NCBI GenBank assembly: GCA_039794365.1
Contig: JBDIVN010000007.1
Location: 44,389 to 108,388 of the forward strand
Length of the DNA stretch: 64,000 nt
Source of the DNA: Vampirovibrionales bacterium
Lineage (GTDB): Bacteria; Cyanobacteriota; Vampirovibrionia; Vampirovibrionales; Vampirovibrionaceae
Direction of reading: 5' to 3'
Positions 18,621 to 27,543 of this stretch are shown here, one piece after another (the first letter of the stretch is position 1; each line of letters opens with the position of its first letter). A program made the translations under genes and the position numbers. The notes beneath the pieces are model-generated. The model was not told the origin of the DNA, searched no databases, and saw only the letters and a program-made list of their open reading frames with translations.

Positions 18621-20221
18621 CGCCCGGAGGAAACGGCGAAGCGGTAGTCCACCGGACCCGGTGGGCGATCCGTTGACTGGGGGCGCGGATTCTGCGGAAC
18701 GGCGCTTTCGGGGGTCCGGGTTTCCAGCGCCTTGATTTTCGCCTTCGCCTTTCTGACCCGTTCGCGGCTGGCGGCATCCTTGTCGTCGCGGGCCAGTTCG
18801 ATGAACCGGTTGAGGGAAGCCACGGCCCGCCGGGGTTCATTGAGATCCGCGTAGATCATCCCCAGGTTGAACTGGATGTTGGCATCCCCGCCCGCCAGCA
18901 GCTCAGCCGCCCGGTAGAGGGTGAGGGCCTCCTGCTGCCGGTTGTCCTCACTCAGCAAACCGGCGTAGTTGATAAGCACATCCGGTTTCAAAGCCCGCAG
19001 ATACGCTTCCGCGGCCCTGATATCATCACCTTCGCGGTGATAGGCATAGCCGAGCGCCTTAAAGGCAGCCAGGTCGTCGGGGTTGGCCAGGATCAGCCGA
19101 CGCAGCTCCACGGCTGCCGAGGCGGGGCGGTTGCGTTTCAGCTCCACAATGGCAAGGCGGTAGTGGGCCAGCAGATGATCCGGGTTCCCGGAAAGCACCG
19201 AAATATAGGTTTTCAATGCCTCGTCCGCCTCCCCCCGCGCTTCCTGGAGCAGTCCGCGGGCGTAGAGGAGTTCGGGATTCTCCGGAAACTCCCGCATTGC
19301 CTGGCGCAACAACTCATCGGTTTCAGGAAAGTTCCCCTCTGACAGGTTCAGCCGGATCAACTCCAGCCACGCGGGCAGGAAGCGCAGGTGCTCCTCGGTG
19401 ACTTTCTGCAGGGCCAGGGTGGCCCGCTGTGTTTCTCCCGAAGCCAGATGCACCAGCCCCAACAGATAACGGCCCACCGGATCATGAGGCTGGCTCCCCA
19501 GCCAAGTTTCCAGGGTCATGCGGGCACTGTCCAAGCGTCCGCCCCGGTAAGCATCCCAAGCCTGGAGGATCTCCGCCGAGAAACCGCTCGATTGACCCGC
19601 CTCCAGGGCATAGATGGAGAAATCCGGTGCCGGTGTCCGCAGCGGGCTAGCCACTTTTGTCACGCCGGGGAAGCCCGCGTCCGATGCCAATGTTTTCGCC
19701 GGGTTTTTCGTCGGATCTTCCAGGGTCACCACGGACAGGGGTTCCGGCTTTTTCACGACCGCCGGCTGTCCCCGGCTAGCACCCACCAATGCAATGCTGA
19801 CCCGGCTTCCCGTGTTGGCACGCACCTGGGGGCGCAGCCGCTTGCTCACCTCCAGAACGATCCGGATGGCATTCTGACCGTCCTTGTGCTGCATCAGGTT
19901 CACCGAGCGCACCTCCCGAATGGTATCAGCCAGGGTCCGGCTGAGCGCGGGGATATTCTCCTGCAAGGCATCGTCAAACCGGACGCCTTCCCCTTCGATG
20001 ACAATACGGAACGTGCCTTTATCCCCTTCTTCCACCCACAAGACCGGATCAAAGACGCCCCCGGAAACTTCCAGCAGAATATCCGTCGTCCCCGGCTCCA
20101 CGGTGATGCCCACAATACGGGCAACGGCAGCGTCAACCTTCTCTCCGGCAAGCACCATCACCGCCAAAAGAACCAGCAGCCCGCCGGTCAGCCCGTTCCG
20201 AAAGCGCCGGAGACTCCCCAT
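18617..20221 (-). CDS. AMIN-domain plus TPR-repeat periplasmic protein
   Basis: Signal peptide (LLVLLAVMVLAG), N-terminal AMIN-like beta domain (IRIVLEV...VSIALVG), Pro/Lys linker, then multiple TPR-like repeats. It starts 4 nt after the stop of the upstream giant gene (operon). Confidence 0.7.
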   Translation of the reverse strand: MGSLRRFRNGLTGGLLVLLAVMVLAGEKVDAAVARIVGITVEPGTTDILLEVSGGVFDPVLWVEEGDKGTFRIVIEGEGVRFDDALQENIPALSRTLADTIREVRSVNLMQHKDGQNAIRIVLEVSKRLRPQVRANTGSRVSIALVGASRGQPAVVKKPEPLSVVTLEDPTKNPAKTLASDAGFPGVTKVASPLRTPAPDFSIYALEAGQSSGFSAEILQAWDAYRGGRLDSARMTLETWLGSQPHDPVGRYLLGLVHLASGETQRATLALQKVTEEHLRFLPAWLELIRLNLSEGNFPETDELLRQAMREFPENPELLYARGLLQEARGEADEALKTYISVLSGNPDHLLAHYRLAIVELKRNRPASAAVELRRLILANPDDLAAFKALGYAYHREGDDIRAAEAYLRALKPDVLINYAGLLSEDNRQQEALTLYRAAELLAGGDANIQFNLGMIYADLNEPRRAVASLNRFIELARDDKDAASRERVRKAKAKIKALETRTPESAVPQNPRPQSTDRPPGPVDYRFAVSSGR

Positions 20222-20225
20222 GACG

Positions 20226-23200
20226 CTATACCCCGCTCTTGAGCTTCTCGACATACTTTCGCACCACATCCGCATTGCTGGCGTTCGGCGAGAGGCTCAG
20301 AAACCGCTCCAGGTGGACGATGGCGTTGGACTTGTCTCCCATCTTGGAGTATATAAGACCCAGGTTGTAGTGGGCCGGACCGAAGTTGGGCCGGATGGAA
20401 AGGGCCTGCTGATAGGCATTCCTGGCTTTCTGCAAATCGTTGGTGGCGTTGTACAGGTTGCCCAGGTTGAAGAGCAGATCGCTGTCATTGGGGTTCAGGG
20501 AGAGGGCTGTCAGGAAGATGCGCTCCGACTCGTCCATACGCCCCAGCTTCTTCAGGGTGGTGGCGTAGTTGTTCAGCACGCTGACGGGAATAGCCATCGC
20601 AAAGGCTTGTTGGGCCTCTTCAAGACGTCCGCTGAGGAGATAGGCCTTCCCCAGAAGGTTATAGCCCTCCAACTCGTAGGGGTTGTTGGTGAGGAAGAGT
20701 TCGAGAATCCGGGTGGCTTCCGCCGGATTGCCGGTCTTGAGCAACCCGTCGGCATACGCCGTCACGTAGCGGGTCACGTCGGACTCCAGCTTGTAGGCGT
20801 CGCGGTACAGCACCGTGGCTTCCACGATCTTGCCGTTGTCCTCCAGCTCTTTTCCGCGGATATAGAACTCTTCGGCACGAGGGTTGGCGCTGGTGGTAGG
20901 CTGGCGCTGCTGCAACCGGCGAAGGGCCTCTTCCAGGGAGGCATTTTTCGCCGCCGCCTGCCGAAGCTCCTCGTTGAGCCGGGCAATCTGGGCATCATTG
21001 CCGCTGGAGCCGCCGGCCTGCGCACGGGCCTGGGAGAGTTGCTGCTGGAGGGTATCGATCTGGGAGCGTGAATCCTGGTAACGGCGGTTGGCTTCCGCCA
21101 GTTCGGACTGCAGACTGGCCAGGCGGCCCTGTTCACCGTCCAGTTGCTGCCGCAGGGCAATGTATTCCGGCGACTGCGTCACGGGCGTATCGTTTGCCGG
21201 ACGGGATTCCAGACTCGCAATCCGTTGCTTCAGGGTGTCATTCTCCCGCAGGGCGGCCTGGTAATTGCGGTTGGCCTCCTCAAGCTGCTGCTCCAGCCGG
21301 GCCAGTTGGGACTGGTAGCCGGTCAGGCGGCTTTCCTGACTGGCCAGTTGCTGCTGCAAAGCGATGTACTCCGGCGACTCCTCCACCGGCGTCTGTTGGG
21401 TCGAATCCGCCTGAAGACCCGCCACCTGCTGCTTCAATGCCTCGTTGCGGGCCACCGCCACTTTATAATTCTCGGCGGTCTCCCGCAATTCCTCGCGCAG
21501 GCGGGAAAGCTGACCCTGCTGATCCTCGAGCTGCCGTTGCAGGGCGATGTACTCCGGCGACTCCTCCACCGGTATCTGTTGGGTCGAATCCGCCTGAAGA
21601 CCCGCCACCTGCTGCTTCAATGCCTCGTTGCGGGCCACCGCCACTTTATAATTCTCGGCGGTCTCCCGCAATTCCTCGCGCAGGCGGGAAAGCTGACCCT
21701 GCTGATCCTCGAGCTGCCGTTGCAGGGCGACGTATTGGGGCGACCCCTCCACCGGCGCCTGTTGGGTCGAATCCGCCTGAAGACCCGCCACCTGCTGCTT
21801 CAATGCCTCATTTTGGGCTGTCGCCATCTTATAATTGCGGGTGGTCGTCTGCAACTCATCCCGCAGGCGGGAGATTTCCTCCTGCTGGCTTGAAAGCTGC
21901 GTTTGCAGGGCAACGTATTCAGGCATCTGCTCCACCGGTGGCCGGTAGGTGCTTTCCGCCTGCAGGGCGGCCACCTGGGACTTCAACACCTGGTTCTGGC
22001 GCTGCACGTCTTCCAGATTACGGATACGGCCCTGCAAATCACCCAGCTGCTTTTCGTATTCAACCAGTCGTGACTTCTGGGCCTGGGTTTGTTCCTGTAA
22101 AGCAAGATACCGGGGAGACTGCTCCACCGGCGTTGGCTTGACCGAAGCCTGGGACTGCATGGCCTTGAGTTCCGCCTGCAAGGCCTCCTTTTCCCGGATC
22201 GCATTCTCATAGTCCCGGCTCAGGGCCAGATACTTGGGATTCTGCTCCAGCGGCGGCGGCGGGATAATCCCATGGGTTCGCGCCGCGCTGAGATCCGCCT
22301 TCAGCTGATCCGCCTCGTTGACCTTGGCGAGATACTTGCGGCTCAGTTCGCCCATCTGCTCCTGAATCTTCTGAGCTTCGGAGATCGCGCCCTGCCGGTC
22401 GGCACGGGCCTGTTGAAGATCACTTCGGACCGAGTCGAGCTGGTCCTGAAGCGCTTTCCTGTCCGTCTCCACGGCATTCAGGGCCGCCTGAACCTCATTC
22501 ACCTTTGCCTGCAGGGTCCGGACCTGATCGCTCTGGGTGGCGCGGGCCTGCTGAAGCTCCTGGCTGGCCTGTTGAAGTGCTTCGCGGGTCTGCCCGAGTT
22601 TTACCTCCATATCGGATTTCTCGGCGCTCAGAGTGTTTTTCTCTTTCTCCGCGGCATTCAGGGTCGACTGAAGCTCCTCCACTTTTGCCTGCAGGGTCCG
22701 AACCTGATCGCTCTGGGTGGCGCGGGCCTGCTGAAGTTCCTGGCTCGCCTGCTGCAACTTCGCCTGCAAATCGGATTTTTCAGTACTCAGGGCCGTCAGG
22801 GAATCCCGCAGGCTTTTGACCTTTTCCTCGGTCGGCCGCTCCGCCAGGGCCTCTTTTAACTGGCTGTTCTCGGAGCGGGCGGTCAGCAGGGCCTCCTCCA
22901 TAGCGTTTTTCGCCTTATGGAGAGCCTCCAGTTGCTCATTCATCGCCGCCAGCGCCCGTTTCAGCCGGGTCAGCTGCTCCTCTCCCTCCTGGCCGTCAGC
23001 CAGCTGCTTGCGCAGGGTATCCACAGACATCCGAAGGCCGGAGTTCTCGGCAGACAGGTTCTTGAGCGCATCCTCCCGCTGGGCCAGACGGGCTTCCGTC
23101 TCCTCCAGCTTCTGGCTTAGCGCCGCCACCTGTTGCCTGGCCGCTGCATCCATCCCCTGACGCACCTCGTTGAGCTGCTCGGTCAACGCGGCGATTTCCT

Positions 23201-25085
23201 TGTTCTGACGGTTGATGGTCTCTACAGACTGGGCCAGGGATTGACGGGCCTTTTCCACCTCGGCCTTCAGGGCATTCAGCCGATCCGGCGGTACGTGGGC
23301 CGACCGGAGCTGGCGATTTTCCGACTCCAGTTCGCCGTACTTGCGGTTAAGCACCGCCAGCGCCTTTTTCATATCCTCGAAGGAGAAGGGGGGCTTCTCG
23401 GCCAGCGCCCGTTCCAGCTGGCTGCGCAAATCCGCATTGGTCCGTTCCAGCAATTGGACCCGCTCCCGGTAGGATGCACTGTCCTGTTGCAGAGCCTGGT
23501 ACTGGGCATTGAGTTCATTATAGCGGCCGGCCAGCGCAGAAGACTGGTCTTGCTGACTGCGCAGGGACTGGACAGCCCGTTCTCCCTCAGCCGCCTGGCT
23601 GCGGGCCTGGGCAAGCTCCCGCTGGAGATCCTGGTTCCGACGCGTCAGGGCGGTCACTTCCTGTTTCAGTCCGTCCAGTTCGGACGGACTCGACGCCTGG
23701 GCACGAAGCTGGGCGAGCTGCTGCTCCAGCTGCTTGTAACGATGGCTCACCTCGGCCAGTTGCTCCTGCAGGGTCCTGACCTGCTGCTGACTGGCGCTGT
23801 AATTCGCGTGAAGGCGACTCAGGCGCTCCTGAAGTCCGGGGTCCTGCTGTTGCTGAGCCTGACGCTGGGCGCTGGCCAGTTCCGCCATCCGGGCCTGAAG
23901 ATCCTGGACCAGCTGCTGGCTGGAACTGTAGCGGTCGGCCAGTTCCTGGTAGCGGCGCTGCAATTCCTCGTACCGGCGCTTCAACTCATCGGACTGCCCA
24001 TCGGGCCGCCCGGAGGCATCCTGGCGAATCTGGCCGAGTTCCCGCTGGCTACTCTGGTAACGCGTCTCAACATCCGCCAGCTGGGATTTCAGGTCCCGGA
24101 TAACGGTTTCCTGCCGGGCGAGACGACTCGCCAGATCTCCGGACTGGCCTTGCTGTTCCATAAGCTGGCGGTAACGGGCCTTGAGTCGCTCATAATCATC
24201 CTTGAGGCCGGACACATCGCCCTGCTGGCTCATCAGGATCTGGTTTCGCTCGGCCAGCTGGGACACCTGAGCCTGAAGCTCCTGCACCCGGCGCTGGCTC
24301 TGCTGGTATTCGCTGCTCAAGGCCGAATAACGCGACTCCGCATCGGAGAGACGGGATCGAGCCTGGGTGGCCTGCTCGTAGCGGCTGTTGACGTCCTGCA
24401 ACTGAAGCTGCAGGCTGCGGACCTGCTCCCGCAAGCTCTCCACCTGAAGCAGCTTGTCCCCCACCTGCCCCAACCGGACACGCAGATCGTCAAGCTCGCG
24501 CTTCTGCTGTTCAATGGTATTAAGGGCACGCTGGTACTCCAGCGGACTCACGTTGCCAGGCTCCCGATGCGGCTCAGGCGTCAGGGGGCGCAGCTCGTTC
24601 CGGAGAACCGGCGGATCGGCAGCAACGGGACGGGCCGCACTGACCGGCTCCACCCGCAACTCAAGGGAACCCCCCGCCCCCTCCACCAGACGGGCATTAT
24701 AGCTGTCTCCGACCAGGTCGATGAGTATCCGGACAACAGGGCGTGCCCCGCCAAACTGGTTGATGGAGACGTTCTGGACGGCAGACCACTGGGACTGGAG
24801 CCTGGAGAGCAACTCCCCCTCGCGTGGCAGGGCCAGCCCCACACCGGCATTTTCGATATCAAGGATCAGGCGTTTGTTTCCGTTGACCGTCGTGGCGTTG
24901 AACGACGACCTCACTGGACCGGAACTGGACACGGTAAAGCTTTGACGCAGCGGATTGTACTGGATGCCCTCAACCACGCCCTCGGCGGACCAGGCCAGGG
25001 TGGGGGCAAACATGGTCTCAAACAGGAATATGGAACCCCCAACCAAAGTCAGGGCAACAGTATGGAACTGCTTCTTAACTCTCAT
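20226..25085 (-). CDS. giant (1619 aa) secreted AMIN-domain / repetitive coiled-coil / C-terminal TPR protein
   Basis: Signal peptide MRVKKQFHTVALTLVGGSIFLFETMFAPTLAWSA. AMIN-like domain (RLILDIEN...VVRILIDLVGDSY). About 1,200 aa of heptad-rich Gln/Leu/Glu/Arg/Ala sequence, including roughly 8 copies of a 60-aa repeat (PVE.SPEY[IV]ALQ.QL...LKQQVAGLQADSTQQ). C-terminal TPR repeats. No TM segment after the signal peptide. Confidence 0.8.
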   Translation of the reverse strand: MRVKKQFHTVALTLVGGSIFLFETMFAPTLAWSAEGVVEGIQYNPLRQSFTVSSSGPVRSSFNATTVNGNKRLILDIENAGVGLALPREGELLSRLQSQWSAVQNVSINQFGGARPVVRILIDLVGDSYNARLVEGAGGSLELRVEPVSAARPVAADPPVLRNELRPLTPEPHREPGNVSPLEYQRALNTIEQQKRELDDLRVRLGQVGDKLLQVESLREQVRSLQLQLQDVNSRYEQATQARSRLSDAESRYSALSSEYQQSQRRVQELQAQVSQLAERNQILMSQQGDVSGLKDDYERLKARYRQLMEQQGQSGDLASRLARQETVIRDLKSQLADVETRYQSSQRELGQIRQDASGRPDGQSDELKRRYEELQRRYQELADRYSSSQQLVQDLQARMAELASAQRQAQQQQDPGLQERLSRLHANYSASQQQVRTLQEQLAEVSHRYKQLEQQLAQLRAQASSPSELDGLKQEVTALTRRNQDLQRELAQARSQAAEGERAVQSLRSQQDQSSALAGRYNELNAQYQALQQDSASYRERVQLLERTNADLRSQLERALAEKPPFSFEDMKKALAVLNRKYGELESENRQLRSAHVPPDRLNALKAEVEKARQSLAQSVETINRQNKEIAALTEQLNEVRQGMDAAARQQVAALSQKLEETEARLAQREDALKNLSAENSGLRMSVDTLRKQLADGQEGEEQLTRLKRALAAMNEQLEALHKAKNAMEEALLTARSENSQLKEALAERPTEEKVKSLRDSLTALSTEKSDLQAKLQQASQELQQARATQSDQVRTLQAKVEELQSTLNAAEKEKNTLSAEKSDMEVKLGQTREALQQASQELQQARATQSDQVRTLQAKVNEVQAALNAVETDRKALQDQLDSVRSDLQQARADRQGAISEAQKIQEQMGELSRKYLAKVNEADQLKADLSAARTHGIIPPPPLEQNPKYLALSRDYENAIREKEALQAELKAMQSQASVKPTPVEQSPRYLALQEQTQAQKSRLVEYEKQLGDLQGRIRNLEDVQRQNQVLKSQVAALQAESTYRPPVEQMPEYVALQTQLSSQQEEISRLRDELQTTTRNYKMATAQNEALKQQVAGLQADSTQQAPVEGSPQYVALQRQLEDQQGQLSRLREELRETAENYKVAVARNEALKQQVAGLQADSTQQIPVEESPEYIALQRQLEDQQGQLSRLREELRETAENYKVAVARNEALKQQVAGLQADSTQQTPVEESPEYIALQQQLASQESRLTGYQSQLARLEQQLEEANRNYQAALRENDTLKQRIASLESRPANDTPVTQSPEYIALRQQLDGEQGRLASLQSELAEANRRYQDSRSQIDTLQQQLSQARAQAGGSSGNDAQIARLNEELRQAAAKNASLEEALRRLQQRQPTTSANPRAEEFYIRGKELEDNGKIVEATVLYRDAYKLESDVTRYVTAYADGLLKTGNPAEATRILELFLTNNPYELEGYNLLGKAYLLSGRLEEAQQAFAMAIPVSVLNNYATTLKKLGRMDESERIFLTALSLNPNDSDLLFNLGNLYNATNDLQKARNAYQQALSIRPNFGPAHYNLGLIYSKMGDKSNAIVHLERFLSLSPNASNADVVRKYVEKLKSGV
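21190..22270 (-). repeat. intragenic tandem repeat array, period ~180 nt (about 6 copies; two near-identical at ~21361-21720)
   Basis: Segments starting at about 21361 and 21541 are almost identical over 180 nt (ctccaccgg[c/t][g/a]tctgttgggtcgaatccgcctgaagacccgccacctgctgcttcaatgcctcgttgcgggccaccgccactttataattctcggcggtctcccgcaattcctcgcgcaggcgggaaagctgaccctgctgatcctcgagctgccgttgcagggc). Flanking copies are progressively diverged. They encode the 60-aa coiled-coil repeat. Confidence 0.7.
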
Positions 25086-25329
25086 TCGCTAGAAAAGACC
25101 CTTCCGGTCTGTACCCGATGAGCAGGGTGTCAACGCCTGTGTCCAAGATACTCTACAAGCAAAAGTATACCACGCCCTTCCCGTTTGGGGGTCAACCGAT
25201 CACCACGGATATTCCAAATTTTCATTAAGCGCCCATCCCCATAAACAACGGCAGCGTTTCAAAACCGGAAATAATCCCCGGATCTGCTGGGATACCGGGG
25301 ATGGAAGATTCCTGGATCGCCGTGAAAGG

Positions 25330-26448
25330 CTAGGCCAGTTTCAGGGCTGGCCCTGACGGCAGCGGGATCGTTTTCCCGGACAGGGCCTCTTCGGCCAGTC
25401 GCTTGAGATCCGGGTTGGGCTTGTTGAAGAAGTTGAACCAGCCTTTGCCCGCCGCATTTTTCAGAACCTTTTTCATTTCCTTGTCGTCCTGGCGGTTGAT
25501 CACCTGCCACGCCTGGATGGCGGCAGCACGGACGTCCGGGTTCTCGTTCTTGTCCTGGACCACCTGCTTGATCACATCCAGGCCGGGAAGATTCTTGGTG
25601 GGCACACTGGCATTCTGGGAGGCATTCAGCATACCCAGGGTCCAGAGGGCCGCCTGGCGGACGTAATTGGCATCATCCTTGGCCTGTCCCTGCAAATGGC
25701 TGGTGTCGGCCAGGGCCTCACGCTTCAGAAGATCGTAGGTTTGGGCGGTTCCATAACCCCGAACACCGATCTCCTCCATCGCATCCACCCGCTCCTGCAG
25801 GGTGGAGGGTTGGTCAATCAGAGCGTTGAGCTGCTCTACATCCGCCGTCTTCAGGCCGGGCTGCTGGGGTTGCTGCGGCGGCTGAGGCTGCTGCGGATAC
25901 TGATCCACGGGCGGCTGGGGCTGCTGTGGGTATTGATCCTGCGGGTACTGGGGATACTGGGCATACGGGTCAGGGTACTGTCCCGGATACTGCGGATATT
26001 GCCCAGGATACGGGTAGGCCCACGGATTGGGCTGAGCCTGGAACGGACTCGGATAAGGCTGTTGCTGTTGATAGAAGGGAATCTGCTGCTGGAAAGCGGT
26101 CGCGTTCATCTGGTTCGCCAGGTTCAAATAGGAATTTCTCGCCTGTTCAGCCAGATTCTTGGCATTCAGCGCCTCGGCATACGCATTCTGAAGCGCCTGC
26201 TGCGGGTTCATCGACGGGAACATGTTGTTGTAGTTCGCCGGATAGGCCGCAGGGGCGGAACTGGCCGGGGCGCCATAAACGGAAGCCGGCGGCGCGGCAG
26301 CGGGGCCGTAAGGCGATGCATAGGGCGACGGAGCCGCAGCAGGACCAATCTGGCCAGGGACGGCGCCGCCCGGAAAGTTCTTCGGCTCGATGATCTGGAT
26401 ATTCACCGCCGACGAAGTTTGAGGTAATTGAGGATAAGCTGTGACCAT
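25330..26448 (-). CDS. Pro/Gln/Tyr-rich low-complexity protein with C-terminal HEAT-like repeats
   Basis: N-terminal ~200 aa dominated by QYPQYPGQYP / QPQPPQQPQQ repeats and AAPxxYG motifs. C-terminal ~150 aa has HEAT/PBS-lyase-like helical repeats (YVRQAALWTLG, DVRAAAIQAW). First gene of the AMIN/TPR cluster. Confidence 0.55.
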   Translation of the reverse strand: MVTAYPQLPQTSSAVNIQIIEPKNFPGGAVPGQIGPAAAPSPYASPYGPAAAPPASVYGAPASSAPAAYPANYNNMFPSMNPQQALQNAYAEALNAKNLAEQARNSYLNLANQMNATAFQQQIPFYQQQQPYPSPFQAQPNPWAYPYPGQYPQYPGQYPDPYAQYPQYPQDQYPQQPQPPVDQYPQQPQPPQQPQQPGLKTADVEQLNALIDQPSTLQERVDAMEEIGVRGYGTAQTYDLLKREALADTSHLQGQAKDDANYVRQAALWTLGMLNASQNASVPTKNLPGLDVIKQVVQDKNENPDVRAAAIQAWQVINRQDDKEMKKVLKNAAGKGWFNFFNKPNPDLKRLAEEALSGKTIPLPSGPALKLA

Positions 26449-26767
26449 TTGCTGCCTTGACCCCTTCTGTTATAGAAAGCTGGATTGAAATATTTGCTCT
26501 GGAATTGAATCTACACGTTAAAGACCGATGAACCTGCCATGTTGCTATCCGCCCCTATGAATATTAATTTTTTGTTACACGCCGAAAGTGTTCCTTGTTT
26601 CGGGACGATGACGGGAAAGCCATGCCGACGGCTGGAGAGCACCACCTGAGACGTACCGAACATGCCTCATCCCTGGCAATACAGAATCACAAAGTCGAAT
26701 TTCAATCAATCCATGAACCTTCCCCGCCCTCTGACGCAGTAGCTCTTAAAAAAACCTTAAGGAACCT

Positions 26768-26794
26768 GTGACGCCTGAAAATGGCTGCTATAAT
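26768..26794 (+). promoter_or_regulatory. candidate sigma70-type promoter upstream of grpE
   Basis: Perfect TATAAT at 26789-26794 with an imperfect -35 (GTGACG/TGTGAC) 15-16 nt upstream, about 80 nt before the grpE ATG. No CIRCE inverted repeat is visible. Confidence 0.3.
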
Positions 26795-26871
26795 GAGGTT
26801 GCCCAAAGCTGCACCTGAACAGTGGCAAAGGCTCCCCCGCATGTCACGTCCGGGCCTTGAAAAGGATTTGA

Positions 26872-27498
26872 TTGCCGATGGCACAGGAACAACAACAGGA
26901 GACGGTACCGCAACCTTCAGAAACGAAGGGGCCGCACGAAACGCAAGAAGCGGAAACAGACGTCCATGAGGAGCTGCCGCCTTCGGGCAACAGCCTGCAG
27001 GAGCGGTTCGACGTGCTGCAGGATCAGCACATGCGCCTGGCGGCGGATTTCGAGAATTTCCGCAAGCGGGTCCTCCAGGAGCGGGAAGCCCTGCTGAAAT
27101 ACGGAGCCGAAAATACCATCCAGTCGCTTCTGCCCATCCTTGACAACCTGGAGCGGGCCTCATCCAGCCTGTCCGAAGGATCGGACCCGGCCATGCTCTA
27201 CAAGAGCTTCGAACTGCTGAGCAAACAGCTGATGGACACTCTGGCCTCCCAGGGGCTGAAGAAGATTGAAACCGTGGGCCAGCCTTTTGATCCTAATTTC
27301 CATGAGGCCACCGGCCAGATGGAAACCGATGAATATCCGGAGAACACGGTTGCCCTTGAGGTCCAGCCCGGCTTCCAGCTCCATGACCGGGTGCTTCGCC
27401 CGGCGCTCGTGATGGTGGCCTCCAGCGGCAGCGGCGAGGAAAACCCAGCCCCCTCCGAAGCCGACAGCCGGGAGAACCCGTTCGCCCAGTCCGAATAG
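26872..27498 (+). CDS. grpE: nucleotide exchange factor GrpE
   Basis: GrpE signature region LQERFDVLQDQHMRLAADFENFRKRVLQEREALLKYGAENTIQSLLPILDNLERA. Typical length with an acidic C-terminal tail. Confidence 0.9.
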   Translation: MPMAQEQQQETVPQPSETKGPHETQEAETDVHEELPPSGNSLQERFDVLQDQHMRLAADFENFRKRVLQEREALLKYGAENTIQSLLPILDNLERASSSLSEGSDPAMLYKSFELLSKQLMDTLASQGLKKIETVGQPFDPNFHEATGQMETDEYPENTVALEVQPGFQLHDRVLRPALVMVASSGSGEENPAPSEADSRENPFAQSE

Positions 27499-27543
27499 CA
27501 GACGCCCCCGAAAGGCCACAGAAAGCATAACAGGCAACTATCA

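Noticed and set aside
21190-22270. Tandem repeats as CRISPR array or mobile element
   Set aside because: Period of about 180 nt with no spacer/repeat alternation. Repeats are in-frame coding repeats of a coiled-coil protein. No transposase, integrase or IS-like inverted repeats anywhere in the window.
23133-25121. 662-aa plus-strand ORF (and the 19884-21071, 21068-22141, 22272-22859 ORFs) inside the giant coiled-coil gene
   Set aside because: Antisense to the repetitive gene. Translations are Leu/Gln/Gly/Arg low complexity mirroring the sense-strand repeats. No start context.
26449-26871. Possible CIRCE/HrcA operator or sigma-54 site upstream of grpE
   Set aside because: No TTAGCACTC-N9-GAGTGCTAA repeat. 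The TGGCAC at 26877 lies inside the grpE start codon region and lacks a correctly spaced TTGC element.
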